DNA of 60,489 nucleotides from an uncultured Pelagibacteraceae bacterium (lineage in GTDB: Bacteria > Pseudomonadota > Alphaproteobacteria > Pelagibacterales > Pelagibacteraceae): the NCBI GenBank assembly GCA_902537905.1, contig CACBDD010000001.1, forward strand, positions 1 through 60,489, written 5' to 3'. Below are positions 39,179 through 49,211 of this stretch, in pieces (position 1 is the first letter of the stretch; the number at the start of each line of letters is the position of its first letter). A model generated the notes under the pieces. The model made no database searches and was not told where the DNA came from. It saw nothing but the letters and a program-made list of their open reading frames with translations. Made by a program: the position numbers and the translations under genes.

Positions 39179-40350
39179 TTAAGACCTTTAAGAGCTTGTT
39201 TTATATCAGCTATAAGATCTTTAGGATCTTCTAATCCAATATGTAATCTAACAATGTACTCATTTTTTGCTAATTTAAGATAATTTCTATTTCCTTGTTC
39301 TCTAACATTTTGATGTAAAGCTAAACTTTCAAAGCCTCCCCAGCTATAACCATGTCCAAATAATTTTAGATTATTTACAAAATTAACAACTTTTTTTTCG
39401 CTTTTAGCATTAATTCTTAATCCCATTAAACCTGAGGCACCTGAATAATATTTCTTCCACATTCTAAAATTGTAAGAATCTTTTTTATAAGGATATAATA
39501 ATTTTATATTTTTAAATTTAGATAAAAATTCTGCTACCTTTTTTGCATTTTCTCTGTGTCTATCTAATCTAACATCTAAAGTCCTTAATCCTCTTGTAAT
39601 TAAATAAGCATCATCAGGTCCTAATCTTAATCCCGTAACCCTTTCTGCTACTTTTACTTTTGGGAATACTTTTTTATTTACGGCTAAACTTCCACCCATT
39701 ACATCAGAATGACCTGAGTAATATTTTGTTGCTGAAACAATTGCCATATCAAAACCAAGTTTGATAGGTTTTAAAAAATATGGAGTTCCCCATGTATTAT
39801 CAATTGCAGTTAGAATTTTATATTTTTTTGCTATAGATATAATTTTACCTAAATCTTGAAAGTCAAATGTATTACTTCCTGGATTTTCAACAAAAATTAA
39901 TTTAGTTTTTTTTGTGATTGCTTTTTCTAATGTTTTAAGATCGTGTGGATCATAAAAAGTTGTTTTGATATTAAATTCTTTTAAAAAATCTTCTGTTAGC
40001 AACCTAGTCGGACTGTAAACTGGATCAGCAGCAATAATTTCATCACCAGGTCTTGTCACGCTAAAAATTGCAAGGAATACCGATCCAAACCCCGTAGGTG
40101 TTAAAAAAGTAAAGTAACTCTCCTCAAGTTTAGATAAAATTTGTTGTAGAATGTGAGTCGTTGAGGTTCCTTGTCTTCCATAATCAAAATGTCCACCTGT
40201 AGGATTTTTTTTAGCTTTCTCTTGGGTTATTCTAATATCTTGCATCGATTTGAAAATAATCGTTGATGCACGCACAATTGGTGGATTTACAGACTGATTA
40301 TGAAAATCTTTAGCAGTATGTTTTAAAAATGTTTTAAAAGAATTACTCAT
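39175..40350 (-). CDS. metC: Cystathionine beta-lyase
   Basis: VNPPIVRAST, YGR.GT.T, ENPGS, DNTW, ATKYYSGHSD and SWGGFESL. Confidence 0.9.
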   Translation of the reverse strand: MSNSFKTFLKHTAKDFHNQSVNPPIVRASTIIFKSMQDIRITQEKAKKNPTGGHFDYGRQGTSTTHILQQILSKLEESYFTFLTPTGFGSVFLAIFSVTRPGDEIIAADPVYSPTRLLTEDFLKEFNIKTTFYDPHDLKTLEKAITKKTKLIFVENPGSNTFDFQDLGKIISIAKKYKILTAIDNTWGTPYFLKPIKLGFDMAIVSATKYYSGHSDVMGGSLAVNKKVFPKVKVAERVTGLRLGPDDAYLITRGLRTLDVRLDRHRENAKKVAEFLSKFKNIKLLYPYKKDSYNFRMWKKYYSGASGLMGLRINAKSEKKVVNFVNNLKLFGHGYSWGGFESLALHQNVREQGNRNYLKLAKNEYIVRLHIGLEDPKDLIADIKQALKGLK

Positions 40351-40380
40351 AATAAAATTTGATATGTTTAAAAGACAATG

Positions 40381-40530
40381 CTATATCCCGTAAAAAACGT
40401 CAATAAATTTATAAATAGGACTAAATGAGTTATCCGAAAAAACATAGGGGTCGTAGAAAACAGGGCTCCAAAAAGAGAAGAGCAAAGAGAAAAAATAAGA
40501 AGAAATAATTCTTTTATTCTTTAATCCAAC
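40381..40530 (-). CDS. Possible small protein between mnmA and metC
   Basis: Open frame ...[27 protein letters not shown]...YGI fills an otherwise large gap; start uncertain (GTG overlapping the mnmA end). Confidence 0.25.
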   Translation of the reverse strand, partial: VGLKNKRIISSYFFSLLFSFWSPVFYDPYVFSDNSFSPIYKFIDVFYGI

Positions 40531-41632
40531 CACCACCAAGAACTCTATGGCCATATTGGTCTTTGCTATAAAATACACATGCCTGTCCTGGAGATATTCC
40601 GTCCTCAGGATTTAATAGATTTACACGAGCAGTATTATTTTCTTTTAAATCTACTTTTGCCTCAAGAAGACTACCTGTTGATCTAACCTTTACAAATATA
40701 TTTTGCTCAAGATCTTTTTTATCAGTTAATAAATTTAAATCTTTTAAAGATATTTCTTTTTTTCCAAGGTTTTCTTTAGGTCCAACTATAATTTCATTTT
40801 TATCTGAATTAATTTTCAAAACATACAAAGCTTCTTTATCTGAAACCTTAATTCCTTTTCTTTGTCCAATTGTAAAATTAATTATACCATCATGAACACC
40901 AATTACGTTTCCATTTAAATTTTTTATATTACCTTTTTGAAAAGAGTCTGGTCTAAATTTTCTAATTACAGACGCATAATCTCCATTAGGTACAAAACAA
41001 ATATCTTGGCTATCTGGTTTATCAGCTACATTTAAATCTAACTCTTTGGCAATTTCTCTTGTTTTATCTTTTAACATTCCACCAAGTGGAAATCTCAAAT
41101 AATCTAGTTGCTCTCTTGTTGTATTAAATAAAAAATAACTCTGATCTCTATTTTCATCAATTGCTCTGTACATATTGTTCGTGTTGTTTAGGGTAATATT
41201 TTTTACATAATGTCCTGTAACCAGTGCATCTGCTTTAAGATCTTTTGATACCTCAAATAAATCTTTAAATTTTACTGTTTGATTACATTGAACACATGGA
41301 ATTGGAGTTTCACCTTTTAAATAACTATCAACAAAGTTATCTATAACTCCTTGCTTGAATTTATCCTGATAGTATAAAATTTTATGTTCAATAGCTAATT
41401 TATGAGCAACACGTTTTGCATCCATGATATCTTGTCCCGAACAACACTGTTTAGATTTAGCTACTTCTTTTCCATCGTCATAAAGTTTAAGTGTGATGCC
41501 TATAACTTTATAACCTTCATTTTTCATAATACCTGCTACAGTTGACGAGTCTACCCCACCAGACATTGCAACAACCACTGTTGTATCCTCAGGTTTTTTG
41601 TTAATTCCAATAGAGTTAAATTCTTTATTCAT
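40514..41632 (-). CDS. mnmA: tRNA 2-thiouridine synthase
   Basis: [35 protein letters not shown] and PGQACVFY. Confidence 0.97.
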   Translation of the reverse strand: MNKEFNSIGINKKPEDTTVVVAMSGGVDSSTVAGIMKNEGYKVIGITLKLYDDGKEVAKSKQCCSGQDIMDAKRVAHKLAIEHKILYYQDKFKQGVIDNFVDSYLKGETPIPCVQCNQTVKFKDLFEVSKDLKADALVTGHYVKNITLNNTNNMYRAIDENRDQSYFLFNTTREQLDYLRFPLGGMLKDKTREIAKELDLNVADKPDSQDICFVPNGDYASVIRKFRPDSFQKGNIKNLNGNVIGVHDGIINFTIGQRKGIKVSDKEALYVLKINSDKNEIIVGPKENLGKKEISLKDLNLLTDKKDLEQNIFVKVRSTGSLLEAKVDLKENNTARVNLLNPEDGISPGQACVFYSKDQYGHRVLGGGWIKE

Positions 41633-41673
41633 TAGGTGGTATTTATACTTATTTACAATATAAGTTAAATTAA

Positions 41674-41844
41674 ATGATTTTAGATTATGAACCAGGTGAC
41701 AAAGTCACTAATCCAGAAAATAAAGACTGGGGCATTGGACAAGTGCAATCAATTATAAAAGATAAAGTCACTGTTAACTTTGAAAATGCAGGTAAAAAAG
41801 TAATAAATGCAAAAAATATAGAATTAAAAAAAATTGGCAAATAA
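41674..41844 (+). CDS. DUF3553-family small protein (56 aa)
   Basis: Manual [48 protein letters not shown]...; the PG..V.P...DWG.GQVQS....VTVNF..GK pattern matches DUF3553. Confidence 0.8.
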   Translation: MILDYEPGDKVTNPENKDWGIGQVQSIIKDKVTVNFENAGKKVINAKNIELKKIGK

Positions 41845-41847
41845 AGA

Positions 41848-42612
41848 ATGAACTTTCAAAAAATTATTGAAGATTTAGTTGATACCTTTTTGTCAGCAGG
41901 AGACTTGTCCCTTCAACTGAGAGAAAAAGGATTAAGTAAAGAAATTAAATCTGATAATACACCAGTGAGTAATGGTGATATTGAAGTTAATAATTTCATT
42001 TCTTCTCAAATATCAAAAGTAACACCTAACATTCCAATTATTTCTGAAGAATCTTCTGAAAATAAAGATAATTCTAAATTAAAAGATTTTTGGTTAATAG
42101 ATCCTATAGACGGGACTTATGATTACATAAACAATTTAGAGGAATTCACTATTAATGCAGGTTTAATTATCAATAACAAACCTGTTGCAGGTTTAATAAA
42201 TGCTCCTGCTAAAAAAAGAATGTTTTATTCTTATGGTAAAGGTAAATCTTTTGAACTTACTAATAACAAACCCATAAACCTTTCTGAGTTACCTTCTAAA
42301 AGAACAGAGCCACTTAATTTCATTTCTTACAGTAATAAAATTAAACCCGAAATTCAAAAAATTTATAGTGAATTAGATGTAAAGAAACACACTAAAATGA
42401 AAAGCTCTTTAAAATTTTGTGTTGTTGCTGCATGTGAATTTGATGGTTATGTTGCTGAACCTCGAGCTTATGAATGGGATATTGCTGCTGGACATGCAAT
42501 TTTAGAAAATGCAGGAGGATCTGTTAGAGACTTTGATGGTAATGAAATATTTTATGGTAAGAAAGACTTAAAAAATCCAAGTTTAATTTTAAAAAGTAAA
42601 AACATAATTTAA
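41848..42612 (+). CDS. cysQ: 3'(2'),5'-bisphosphate nucleotidase (inositol monophosphatase family)
   Basis: SEE, WLIDPIDGT, SSLKFC and EWDIAAGHAIL. Confidence 0.88.
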   Translation: MNFQKIIEDLVDTFLSAGDLSLQLREKGLSKEIKSDNTPVSNGDIEVNNFISSQISKVTPNIPIISEESSENKDNSKLKDFWLIDPIDGTYDYINNLEEFTINAGLIINNKPVAGLINAPAKKRMFYSYGKGKSFELTNNKPINLSELPSKRTEPLNFISYSNKIKPEIQKIYSELDVKKHTKMKSSLKFCVVAACEFDGYVAEPRAYEWDIAAGHAILENAGGSVRDFDGNEIFYGKKDLKNPSLILKSKNII

Positions 42613-42755
42613 TGGATGAACAATTAAGAATTATCTTAATAATAATAGTATCTGTCTCAATTTTTGGATTACTAGTTTTTGTTTTTGTAAAAAATTATAT
42701 TAAAAACAAAATAAATCATCTTGCTGATGAAGAGAAAAAAAGAAAATTAAAGTAA
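42612..42755 (+). CDS. Small single-TM protein (47 aa)
   Basis: Manual ORF MDEQLRIILIIIVSVSIFGLLVFVFVKNYIKNKINHLADEEKKRKLK, translationally coupled to cysQ (TAATG). Confidence 0.6.
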   Translation: MDEQLRIILIIIVSVSIFGLLVFVFVKNYIKNKINHLADEEKKRKLK

Positions 42756-43310
42756 TTTAATTATCTTTTCATATTCATTTTTATCAATGTCCATTACTTT
42801 TTTTGATGTTTCAAAATCAAATCCATTCCTTGCAAGTAAGGAAATATCTTTTTTATAAAATAAAGTTCTATTATCTTCTGCTCTTGATGGTCCTATTCTC
42901 TTCTTCTTACATAATTTTATAGCTGAAAAAAAATCCTGATCAGAATTTTCTTCTTTTATTTTATCAACTGTATCTTTAATAAAACCATCATCAATACCTT
43001 TGCCTATTAAGTAATTTCTAATTTTATTTATGGAATTTCCTCTTTGGATCATGCTCTTAGCTTTACTTTCTGAATAAAACTGGTCATTAATAAATTTATT
43101 TTTTTCTAGATCAGATAGAACAATATCGATTAATTTATTTACATCTTTTTTTCTAGAGTCTGTTGTGGAAAGTTTCATATATTTTTTTAATAAATATGTT
43201 TTAAGTTGTTGTTTTGAAGGTGAGTATTTTTCAACATAAGCAAACGCAAAATTCCTCATTTCGTCAACAGTAACCTGAAGTGTTTTTCTTTTATTTCTTA
43301 TAGGAATCAT
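42747..43310 (-). CDS. recX: RecX family regulator
   Basis: A.AY..KY..S...L...L.KK, IND..Y, RG.S...I...L..KGI and LARNGF pattern. Confidence 0.8.
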   Translation of the reverse strand: MIPIRNKRKTLQVTVDEMRNFAFAYVEKYSPSKQQLKTYLLKKYMKLSTTDSRKKDVNKLIDIVLSDLEKNKFINDQFYSESKAKSMIQRGNSINKIRNYLIGKGIDDGFIKDTVDKIKEENSDQDFFSAIKLCKKKRIGPSRAEDNRTLFYKKDISLLARNGFDFETSKKVMDIDKNEYEKIIKLL

Positions 43311-43334
43311 CGATAGATTTTATATAATATAATT

Positions 43335-43808
43335 ATGATCGAACAAATTTATAACTATTTCACAATTGATGTACTTTATATGTGGATCAATTTGGGAGTT
43401 ATACCTTTTTGGTTCATATTAATTGTATTTCCCCAATCTCACTTAAGTAGATATGTAGCAACTACTATATTTCCATTTTTGTTATTGAGTGGTGTTTATA
43501 TTTATATTTTATACAGATCTTTCATAGTAGGTTATGACTTCGATGCTAATTTTAGTTTGTATCTTGGTTTAGTAGAGTTATCTCGACTTTTTGAAGACAA
43601 TCTATACCTAACTCTTTTCTGGACTCATTTTGTAGCTATAAATTTATTTGTTGGTGGATGGATGGTTAAAGACTCTCAAAAATACTATGTAAATAAAGTA
43701 TTAATGTCAGTCCCTTTAATAATTACATACCTAATTGGACCTATTGGATTATTTATTTATTGGATAATTAGAATTTTTTACGCCAAAAAACTAAATCTAT
43801 ATGAGTGA
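43335..43808 (+). CDS. ABA4-like/DUF4281 membrane protein
   Basis: PFW.ILI..P, WTHFVAINLFVGGW and GPIGL motifs. Confidence 0.8.
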   Translation: MIEQIYNYFTIDVLYMWINLGVIPFWFILIVFPQSHLSRYVATTIFPFLLLSGVYIYILYRSFIVGYDFDANFSLYLGLVELSRLFEDNLYLTLFWTHFVAINLFVGGWMVKDSQKYYVNKVLMSVPLIITYLIGPIGLFIYWIIRIFYAKKLNLYE

Positions 43809-44379
43809 TCATATAGATTTTTACTTCGATATTATTAGCCCTTACGCTTACATCGCTTATAAAAAAATTTTAAAAATAAAAAATATTAATTTTAAATTAA
43901 AACCGGTATTTTTAGGTGGTCTTCACAACTTAGCAGGTATTGCCGCCCCTGCTTTTAATAAATATAAAATGAAAAACATGCAAAATGATTGTGAGCTTGT
44001 TGCAAAAAAAAATAACATTAATTTCAAATGGAATTCTAGATTTCCAATAAACTCTTTAAGTATAATGAGAGGTTATCTTTGCGTTGATATTAGTAAAAAA
44101 GAAGAATACTTAAATAGTTTTTTTGAAGCTTACTGGAAAGAAGATCTAGATTTATCTAATGAAGAAAAAATTAAACAACAATTAAAAAAATTGAAAATAG
44201 ATGAGAATGATTTTTTTAATTCTATTAGTAACCAAGATATTAAAGATAAATTAAAACGATTAACACAAGAAGCTTTTGAAAAAGAGGTATTTGGAGCCCC
44301 AACTTTTATAGTTAATAATAAAATTTTCTGGGGACAAGACCGTCTAGAATATGCTCTTGATGAAATTAATAATATTTAA
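43801..44379 (+). CDS. 2-hydroxychromene-2-carboxylate isomerase / DsbA-like (kappa GST) family
   Basis: FYFDIISPYAY, LGG, FPINS and FGAPTF...FWGQDR. Confidence 0.88.
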   Translation: MSDHIDFYFDIISPYAYIAYKKILKIKNINFKLKPVFLGGLHNLAGIAAPAFNKYKMKNMQNDCELVAKKNNINFKWNSRFPINSLSIMRGYLCVDISKKEEYLNSFFEAYWKEDLDLSNEEKIKQQLKKLKIDENDFFNSISNQDIKDKLKRLTQEAFEKEVFGAPTFIVNNKIFWGQDRLEYALDEINNI

Positions 44380-44720
44380 ACTATTTTAAAACTACTATTG
44401 CTGATAGATCCAAAACCACCTTCAATGTGAGAGATATTTTTGAAACCTTTCTCAGTTAAGGACTTTACTGACATTTCAGATCTAATTCCTCCAGCACAAA
44501 ATAAAACGACCTCTTTATCTTTATCAATTTTGCCATTTTTAAAAACATCGCTATTAGGATCAAGTAGAGTTTCTAAATTTCCCATAGGTATATGGCTAGC
44601 TCCTTCAACTTTTCCTGTAAGTTCTAATTCATTTAATTCTCTAATATCAATTAGATTACATTTGTTTTCTTGAACCATTTTATAAGCTTCATCAGCTTTT
44701 ATAATTTTAATTTCACTCAT
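44376..44720 (-). CDS. Single-domain rhodanese
   Basis: IDIRE..E, active-site CAGGIRS and EGG. Confidence 0.88.
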   Translation of the reverse strand: MSEIKIIKADEAYKMVQENKCNLIDIRELNELELTGKVEGASHIPMGNLETLLDPNSDVFKNGKIDKDKEVVLFCAGGIRSEMSVKSLTEKGFKNISHIEGGFGSISNSSFKIV

Positions 44721-44778
44721 AGCATCAATAATAAAAGTTTAAATTGATTTAACTGTTATTATTAATTATTTCTAGCTT

Positions 44779-45807
44779 ATGAAAGTTCAAAATAAAACAA
44801 TTAAATCAAATTTTTTAAAAAAATTGTTTATTAAAATTTGTAGAATTTTTGACTTTGAAATTATTGATCAAGGTAATTTAACACTTCCTGTTAGTAACAA
44901 AAAAGACATAAAAAACCTTTCAAATTTAGGTAAAGAGTCATTAATCCTTCCGATGGGTAGAGTTAAAATTAAACGACCAGTAAAATCCTTAGATATAATT
45001 TTAAGAACATGTGCATCAGTAAATATGCTTTCTCAATCAAAAAAAAGAATTTTTAAAAAAAATAAATCTGAATATTCTTTGAAAACATTAGTTTCAATTA
45101 TTAACTCAATTAATAATAATAAAAAAATATTTAAAAAGATTAAATTAAAATTGACAATTATTGATCACAATAGCGACAAAGCTATCATTAAAAAATTTGA
45201 AAAAATTTTAAATAATCAATTATTTGACAGTGAAATAATTCAATTGGATATAAACAAATATAAAAAGAATATTAAAAAAATAAATCAACAGGGAAAAATT
45301 GTCACTAACAACCAGATTTCAAACATGTCTAATATAAATCAATCTTTAAATTTGGGTAAAAATTGTGAGGATTTAGTTTATTTTGTAGAGGATGATTATA
45401 TTCACAAATCCGATGCTATTGAGGAAATGATATATGCATACGAGAAAATATCTACTCAACTAGAAACTGAACTTATAATGTGCCCAGCAGATTACCCTTA
45501 TTTATATAACAAGGTGGATAATTCAAATATTTTATTAGGAAACAAATATCATTGGCGTAAAATTAACGAAACTTTATGTACATTCCTTACTAGTAAAAAA
45601 ATAATTAACAAACATTTTAAAAAATTTGTAAGTGCATGCGAATTTGAACATTATCCTTTTGAAAAACCTTTTCATGATATATATAAAAAGGAACTTTGCA
45701 TTAGTCCTATGCCAGCAATAGCTGTACATTTTACTAATATTAATTCAATTTACGGTTTATCACCATTAATAGATTATAAAAAATTATGGGAAGAAAATAA
45801 ATTATGA
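44779..45807 (+). CDS. Glycosyltransferase family 2-like protein
   Basis: IIDHNS and YFVEDDYIH (DxD-like) motifs. Confidence 0.6.
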   Translation: MKVQNKTIKSNFLKKLFIKICRIFDFEIIDQGNLTLPVSNKKDIKNLSNLGKESLILPMGRVKIKRPVKSLDIILRTCASVNMLSQSKKRIFKKNKSEYSLKTLVSIINSINNNKKIFKKIKLKLTIIDHNSDKAIIKKFEKILNNQLFDSEIIQLDINKYKKNIKKINQQGKIVTNNQISNMSNINQSLNLGKNCEDLVYFVEDDYIHKSDAIEEMIYAYEKISTQLETELIMCPADYPYLYNKVDNSNILLGNKYHWRKINETLCTFLTSKKIINKHFKKFVSACEFEHYPFEKPFHDIYKKELCISPMPAIAVHFTNINSIYGLSPLIDYKKLWEENKL

Positions 45808-46277
45808 CATTAAAAATAAATTCAAAAGCTCCTACATTTGTAATTCCATCAACTTCAAAAGATAAATATTCTTTAAAAGACTCAATTGGAAAATATGTAA
45901 TTTTATATTTTTATCCAAAAGATGACACACCTGGATGCACAATTGAAACTAATGACTTTAATAAATTATTAGTTAAATTTAAAAAGTTAGACTGTGAAGT
46001 ATATGGGATTTCAAAAGATAGTTTAAAAAGTCACGATAAATTCAGAGATAAATATAAAATTAAATTTGATTTACTTGCAGATGAGGAGATCAAGGTATTA
46101 AAAAAATACAAAGTATGGGGTAAGAAAAAATTTATGGGCCGTGAATTTATGGGAATTAATAGAACAACTTTTTTAATTGATAAAAAAGGTAAAATTATAA
46201 ATATCTGGGAAAACGTTAAAGTTAAAGACCATGCCAAAGAAGTTCTTGAAACATTAAAAAATATTTCAAAAAAATAA
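45804..46277 (+). CDS. bcp: Peroxiredoxin Bcp
   Basis: YFYPKDDTPGCTIE, GISKD and RTTFLID. Confidence 0.93.
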   Translation: MTLKINSKAPTFVIPSTSKDKYSLKDSIGKYVILYFYPKDDTPGCTIETNDFNKLLVKFKKLDCEVYGISKDSLKSHDKFRDKYKIKFDLLADEEIKVLKKYKVWGKKKFMGREFMGINRTTFLIDKKGKIINIWENVKVKDHAKEVLETLKNISKK

Positions 46278-46307
46278 AAAAAGGCCCCTTATTTCTAAGG
46301 AGCCTTT
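46277..46307. terminator. Intrinsic terminator between convergent bcp and amtB
   Basis: Minus strand AAAGGCTCCTTAGAAATAAGGGGCCTTTTTT. Confidence 0.8.
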
Positions 46308-46331
46308 AATATTTATATTTAGAGAGATAGT

Positions 46332-47624
46332 TTAGTCTCTAATTGCATAGGCTTTAACACCAACTTCTGCAACATCAGTTCCCAGTTTTTCAGCTTGAGA
46401 ACTAATTCTAAGACCAATTGTTTGTTTTAGAACTTTGAATGTGATGTAGGAAAGTACGAAACTAAATACACATACTGCAATCACACCTGTCAACTGAGTT
46501 CCAAAATTTGTACCAGAGTTACTTAATGGAACAACTAAAGTTCCAAAGATACCAGCAAACATATGTACGGGAATAGCACCAACTACATCATCAATTTTTT
46601 TGCTTTCTAGAAATTTTGTACCAAAGTACATAATTAATGATCCAATAGCGCCTATTGCAATTGCAAGAACTGGACTTGGAGTTAAAGGTTCTGCAGTAAT
46701 TGCAACTAAACCTGCTAACGCGCCATTGAGCATCATTACGATATCTGTTTTACCACCTAGTAATCTTGTAACTACTGCAGCAGTAACTGTACCAGCAGCT
46801 CCTGCTAAGTGAGTGTTTACTGCAATTTTACTAATTGCATTAACATCATCAAAAGTTCCCATAGCAAGTTGACTAAAACCATTAAATCCAAACCAACCAA
46901 ACCATAATAAAAAAGTCCCTAATGTAACTAGTGGTATTGAAGATGCTGCAAAAGGTACCAAAGATTTTGTTTCACCTTTTTTATTAAATCTTCCTTCTCT
47001 TGCACCTAAAACTATTACACCTGCTAGTGCAGCTGCTCCACCACAAGCATGAACTAAAGTTGAACCAGCAAAATCAGAGAACCCTGAAGTTGCTAACCAG
47101 CCTCCACCCCACTGCCATCCCATTGAAATAGGATAAATGATACCAGCCATAATTGCTGCAAAAATAAAAAATGGCCAAATTTTAATTCTTTCTGCTACAG
47201 CACCCGATACAATTGATGCAGTTGCACATACAAACATTGTTTGGAAAAACCAATCAGAATAATCTGAATAACCAGTTGAAAGTTCTGAAGCATCACTCCA
47301 CATTGAGAATGATCCAATAAACCCACCTTCAGGAATTCCATATGCTAAATTATAACCACAGAAAAAAAATATTAATGAACAGATTGCAAACTTACCAATA
47401 TTTTTTGCTGCAATTGTTGAAACACTTTTAGTTGTTACCAATCCACTTTCAAGCATACAGAAACCTGCTGCCATAAATGCAACTAAAACACCACCAAGAT
47501 AAAATCCTAGGGAATTGAAAATATATTGACCTTCAGCTGACATTGTTGTTTCTGCTGAAGCAAAATTAGTAAAGCTTAAAGTTATTAATAAGCCAAATGA
47601 TATTTTTTTTAAATGATTAGTCAT
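46332..47624 (-). CDS. amtB: Ammonium transporter (paralogue 2)
   Basis: DFAGSTLVH, WFGWFGFNG and DDVVGAIPVH; likely ATG at 47624 behind AGGAGAGATA RBS. Confidence 0.95.
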   Translation of the reverse strand: MTNHLKKISFGLLITLSFTNFASAETTMSAEGQYIFNSLGFYLGGVLVAFMAAGFCMLESGLVTTKSVSTIAAKNIGKFAICSLIFFFCGYNLAYGIPEGGFIGSFSMWSDASELSTGYSDYSDWFFQTMFVCATASIVSGAVAERIKIWPFFIFAAIMAGIIYPISMGWQWGGGWLATSGFSDFAGSTLVHACGGAAALAGVIVLGAREGRFNKKGETKSLVPFAASSIPLVTLGTFLLWFGWFGFNGFSQLAMGTFDDVNAISKIAVNTHLAGAAGTVTAAVVTRLLGGKTDIVMMLNGALAGLVAITAEPLTPSPVLAIAIGAIGSLIMYFGTKFLESKKIDDVVGAIPVHMFAGIFGTLVVPLSNSGTNFGTQLTGVIAVCVFSFVLSYITFKVLKQTIGLRISSQAEKLGTDVAEVGVKAYAIRD

Positions 47625-47680
47625 TATCTCTCCTTTTTTTTGATTTGGATGTTGTAATAAACAATTAAATTTTAAGTATT

Positions 47681-47717
47681 GCTGATAGGTCAAAAGAGTT
47701 ATGATAAATAAGCATAT
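47681..47717 (-). promoter_or_regulatory. Upstream motif shared by both amtB genes (copy 2)
   Basis: Minus strand ATATGC-N8-CATA...TTTTGACCTATCAGC; contains a TATG-N9-CATA inverted repeat. Confidence 0.5.
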
Positions 47718-47721
47718 GTTT

Positions 47722-47750
47722 AAAAAAAAGGCCCCATTTCTGGGGCCTTT
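47722..47750 (-). terminator. Intrinsic terminator of amtB paralogue 1 / candidate sRNA
   Basis: AAAGGCCCCAGAAATGGGGCCTTTTTTTT. Confidence 0.85.
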
Positions 47751-47853
47751 GGTTATTAACTAACTAGAGAGAGAGATAAGTTAATTCTTTTTTTAAGAGG
47801 CTCTTCAATGAGATAACGACATGGAGATCGAAGAGCCTCTATATTGCATGCAA
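47722..47853 (-). ncRNA. Candidate 3'-UTR structured RNA with two CU-rich loops
   Basis: Stem AGAGGCTCTTC/GAAGAGCCTCT (47796-47840) with loop CUCCAUGUCGUUAUCUC; stem AAUUAACU/AGUUAGUU with loop UAUCUCUCUCUCU; then the terminator. Confidence 0.5.
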
Positions 47854-49155
47854 TTAGTCACGTATTGCGTATGCTATTACTCCTGTTTCTGTAACGTCAG
47901 TACCTTTGGTTTCAGCTTCTTTACTTAATCTAATTCCAAAAGTCGCTTTCATTATTGACCAGATTATATAGGACACAGCAAACACAAAAATGTTAATTGA
48001 AAGTACACCAATTAATTGTGCACTAAACGATGCATCAGCGTTTGTTAATGGCACTGCTAATGTTCCCCAAATACCAGCAAACATGTGAGCTGGAATTGCA
48101 CCAACAACATCGTCAAGTTTAAAGCTAAATAATAATTTAGTTCCAAACACTACGATCAATCCACCAACAGCTCCAATGAAAATAGCTGCTAATGGTGATG
48201 GTGCTAATGGTTCAGCCGTAACAGCTACAAGACCACCAATTGCTCCGTTTAACATTTGAATTACATCTGTTTTACCAAACATTAATCTTGTTATTATTGC
48301 AGCAGCCATAACACCACCACAAGCAGCAAGATTAGTATTAATAAATATACTTGATACAGCAACTGCATCATCAAATGTTCCAATAGCTAGTTGAGATCCA
48401 CCATTGAATCCGAACCAACCTAACCATAATATAAATACCCCAACAGTTACTAGTGGAATTGAAGAAGCAGCAAAAGGTTTAATTGCTTTTGCCTCACCTT
48501 TGCTATCAAATCTACCATATCTAGCACCTAACAACATGATACCTGCTAAAGCAGCTGCACCACCTGTTGAGTGTACCAATGTAGAACCAGCAAAATCAGA
48601 GAAGCCTAGTTCTGCTAACCAGCCTCCACCCCATTGCCAACCCATAACGATTGGATAAATTACACCAGCTAAAATAGCTGCAAATAAGAAAAACGGCCAT
48701 AGCTTAATTCTTTCAGCCATAGCTCCTGAACAAATTGAAACTGTTGTTGCACAGAATACCATTTGGAAGAACCAGTCTGAACCATCAGCATACCCTGTGT
48801 CAACCGCACTTGCATCTGACCAAGGTGTAAATGTTCCAATATATCCTCCTTCAGGAATTCCATATGCTAAGTTATAACCAAAAAGCCAAAACATAATTCC
48901 GGCGATTGAATATAGACCTATATTTTTAGCACAAATTACTGATACACTTTTTGAAGTTACCATACCAGATTCTAGCATCGCAAAACCCGCTGCCATGAAC
49001 ATTACAAGGAAACCACAAATTAAAAATAGAAGCGAATTAAATATCGCTTGAACTTCTCCAGAGACAGTTGTCTCTGCCATACCGGCACTACTCATATTTA
49101 ATAAAAATATTAAACTTAGAAGCGGTGCTGATATTTTTTTTATTATTTTAGTCAT
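47854..49155 (-). CDS. amtB: Ammonium transporter (paralogue 1)
   Basis: DFAGSTLVH, WLGWFGFNGGS and DDVVGAIPAH; GGAGG RBS. Confidence 0.96.
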   Translation of the reverse strand: MTKIIKKISAPLLSLIFLLNMSSAGMAETTVSGEVQAIFNSLLFLICGFLVMFMAAGFAMLESGMVTSKSVSVICAKNIGLYSIAGIMFWLFGYNLAYGIPEGGYIGTFTPWSDASAVDTGYADGSDWFFQMVFCATTVSICSGAMAERIKLWPFFLFAAILAGVIYPIVMGWQWGGGWLAELGFSDFAGSTLVHSTGGAAALAGIMLLGARYGRFDSKGEAKAIKPFAASSIPLVTVGVFILWLGWFGFNGGSQLAIGTFDDAVAVSSIFINTNLAACGGVMAAAIITRLMFGKTDVIQMLNGAIGGLVAVTAEPLAPSPLAAIFIGAVGGLIVVFGTKLLFSFKLDDVVGAIPAHMFAGIWGTLAVPLTNADASFSAQLIGVLSINIFVFAVSYIIWSIMKATFGIRLSKEAETKGTDVTETGVIAYAIRD

Positions 49156-49211
49156 TAGACCTCCACTTGTTTAAATGGTGTCTTATAGTTTTATTAATTT
49201 TTAAAACTAAC

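Noticed and set aside
47766-47777. (AG)n run as a phase-variation microsatellite
   Set aside because: Short, intergenic and located in a hairpin loop; better explained as a CU-rich RNA loop.
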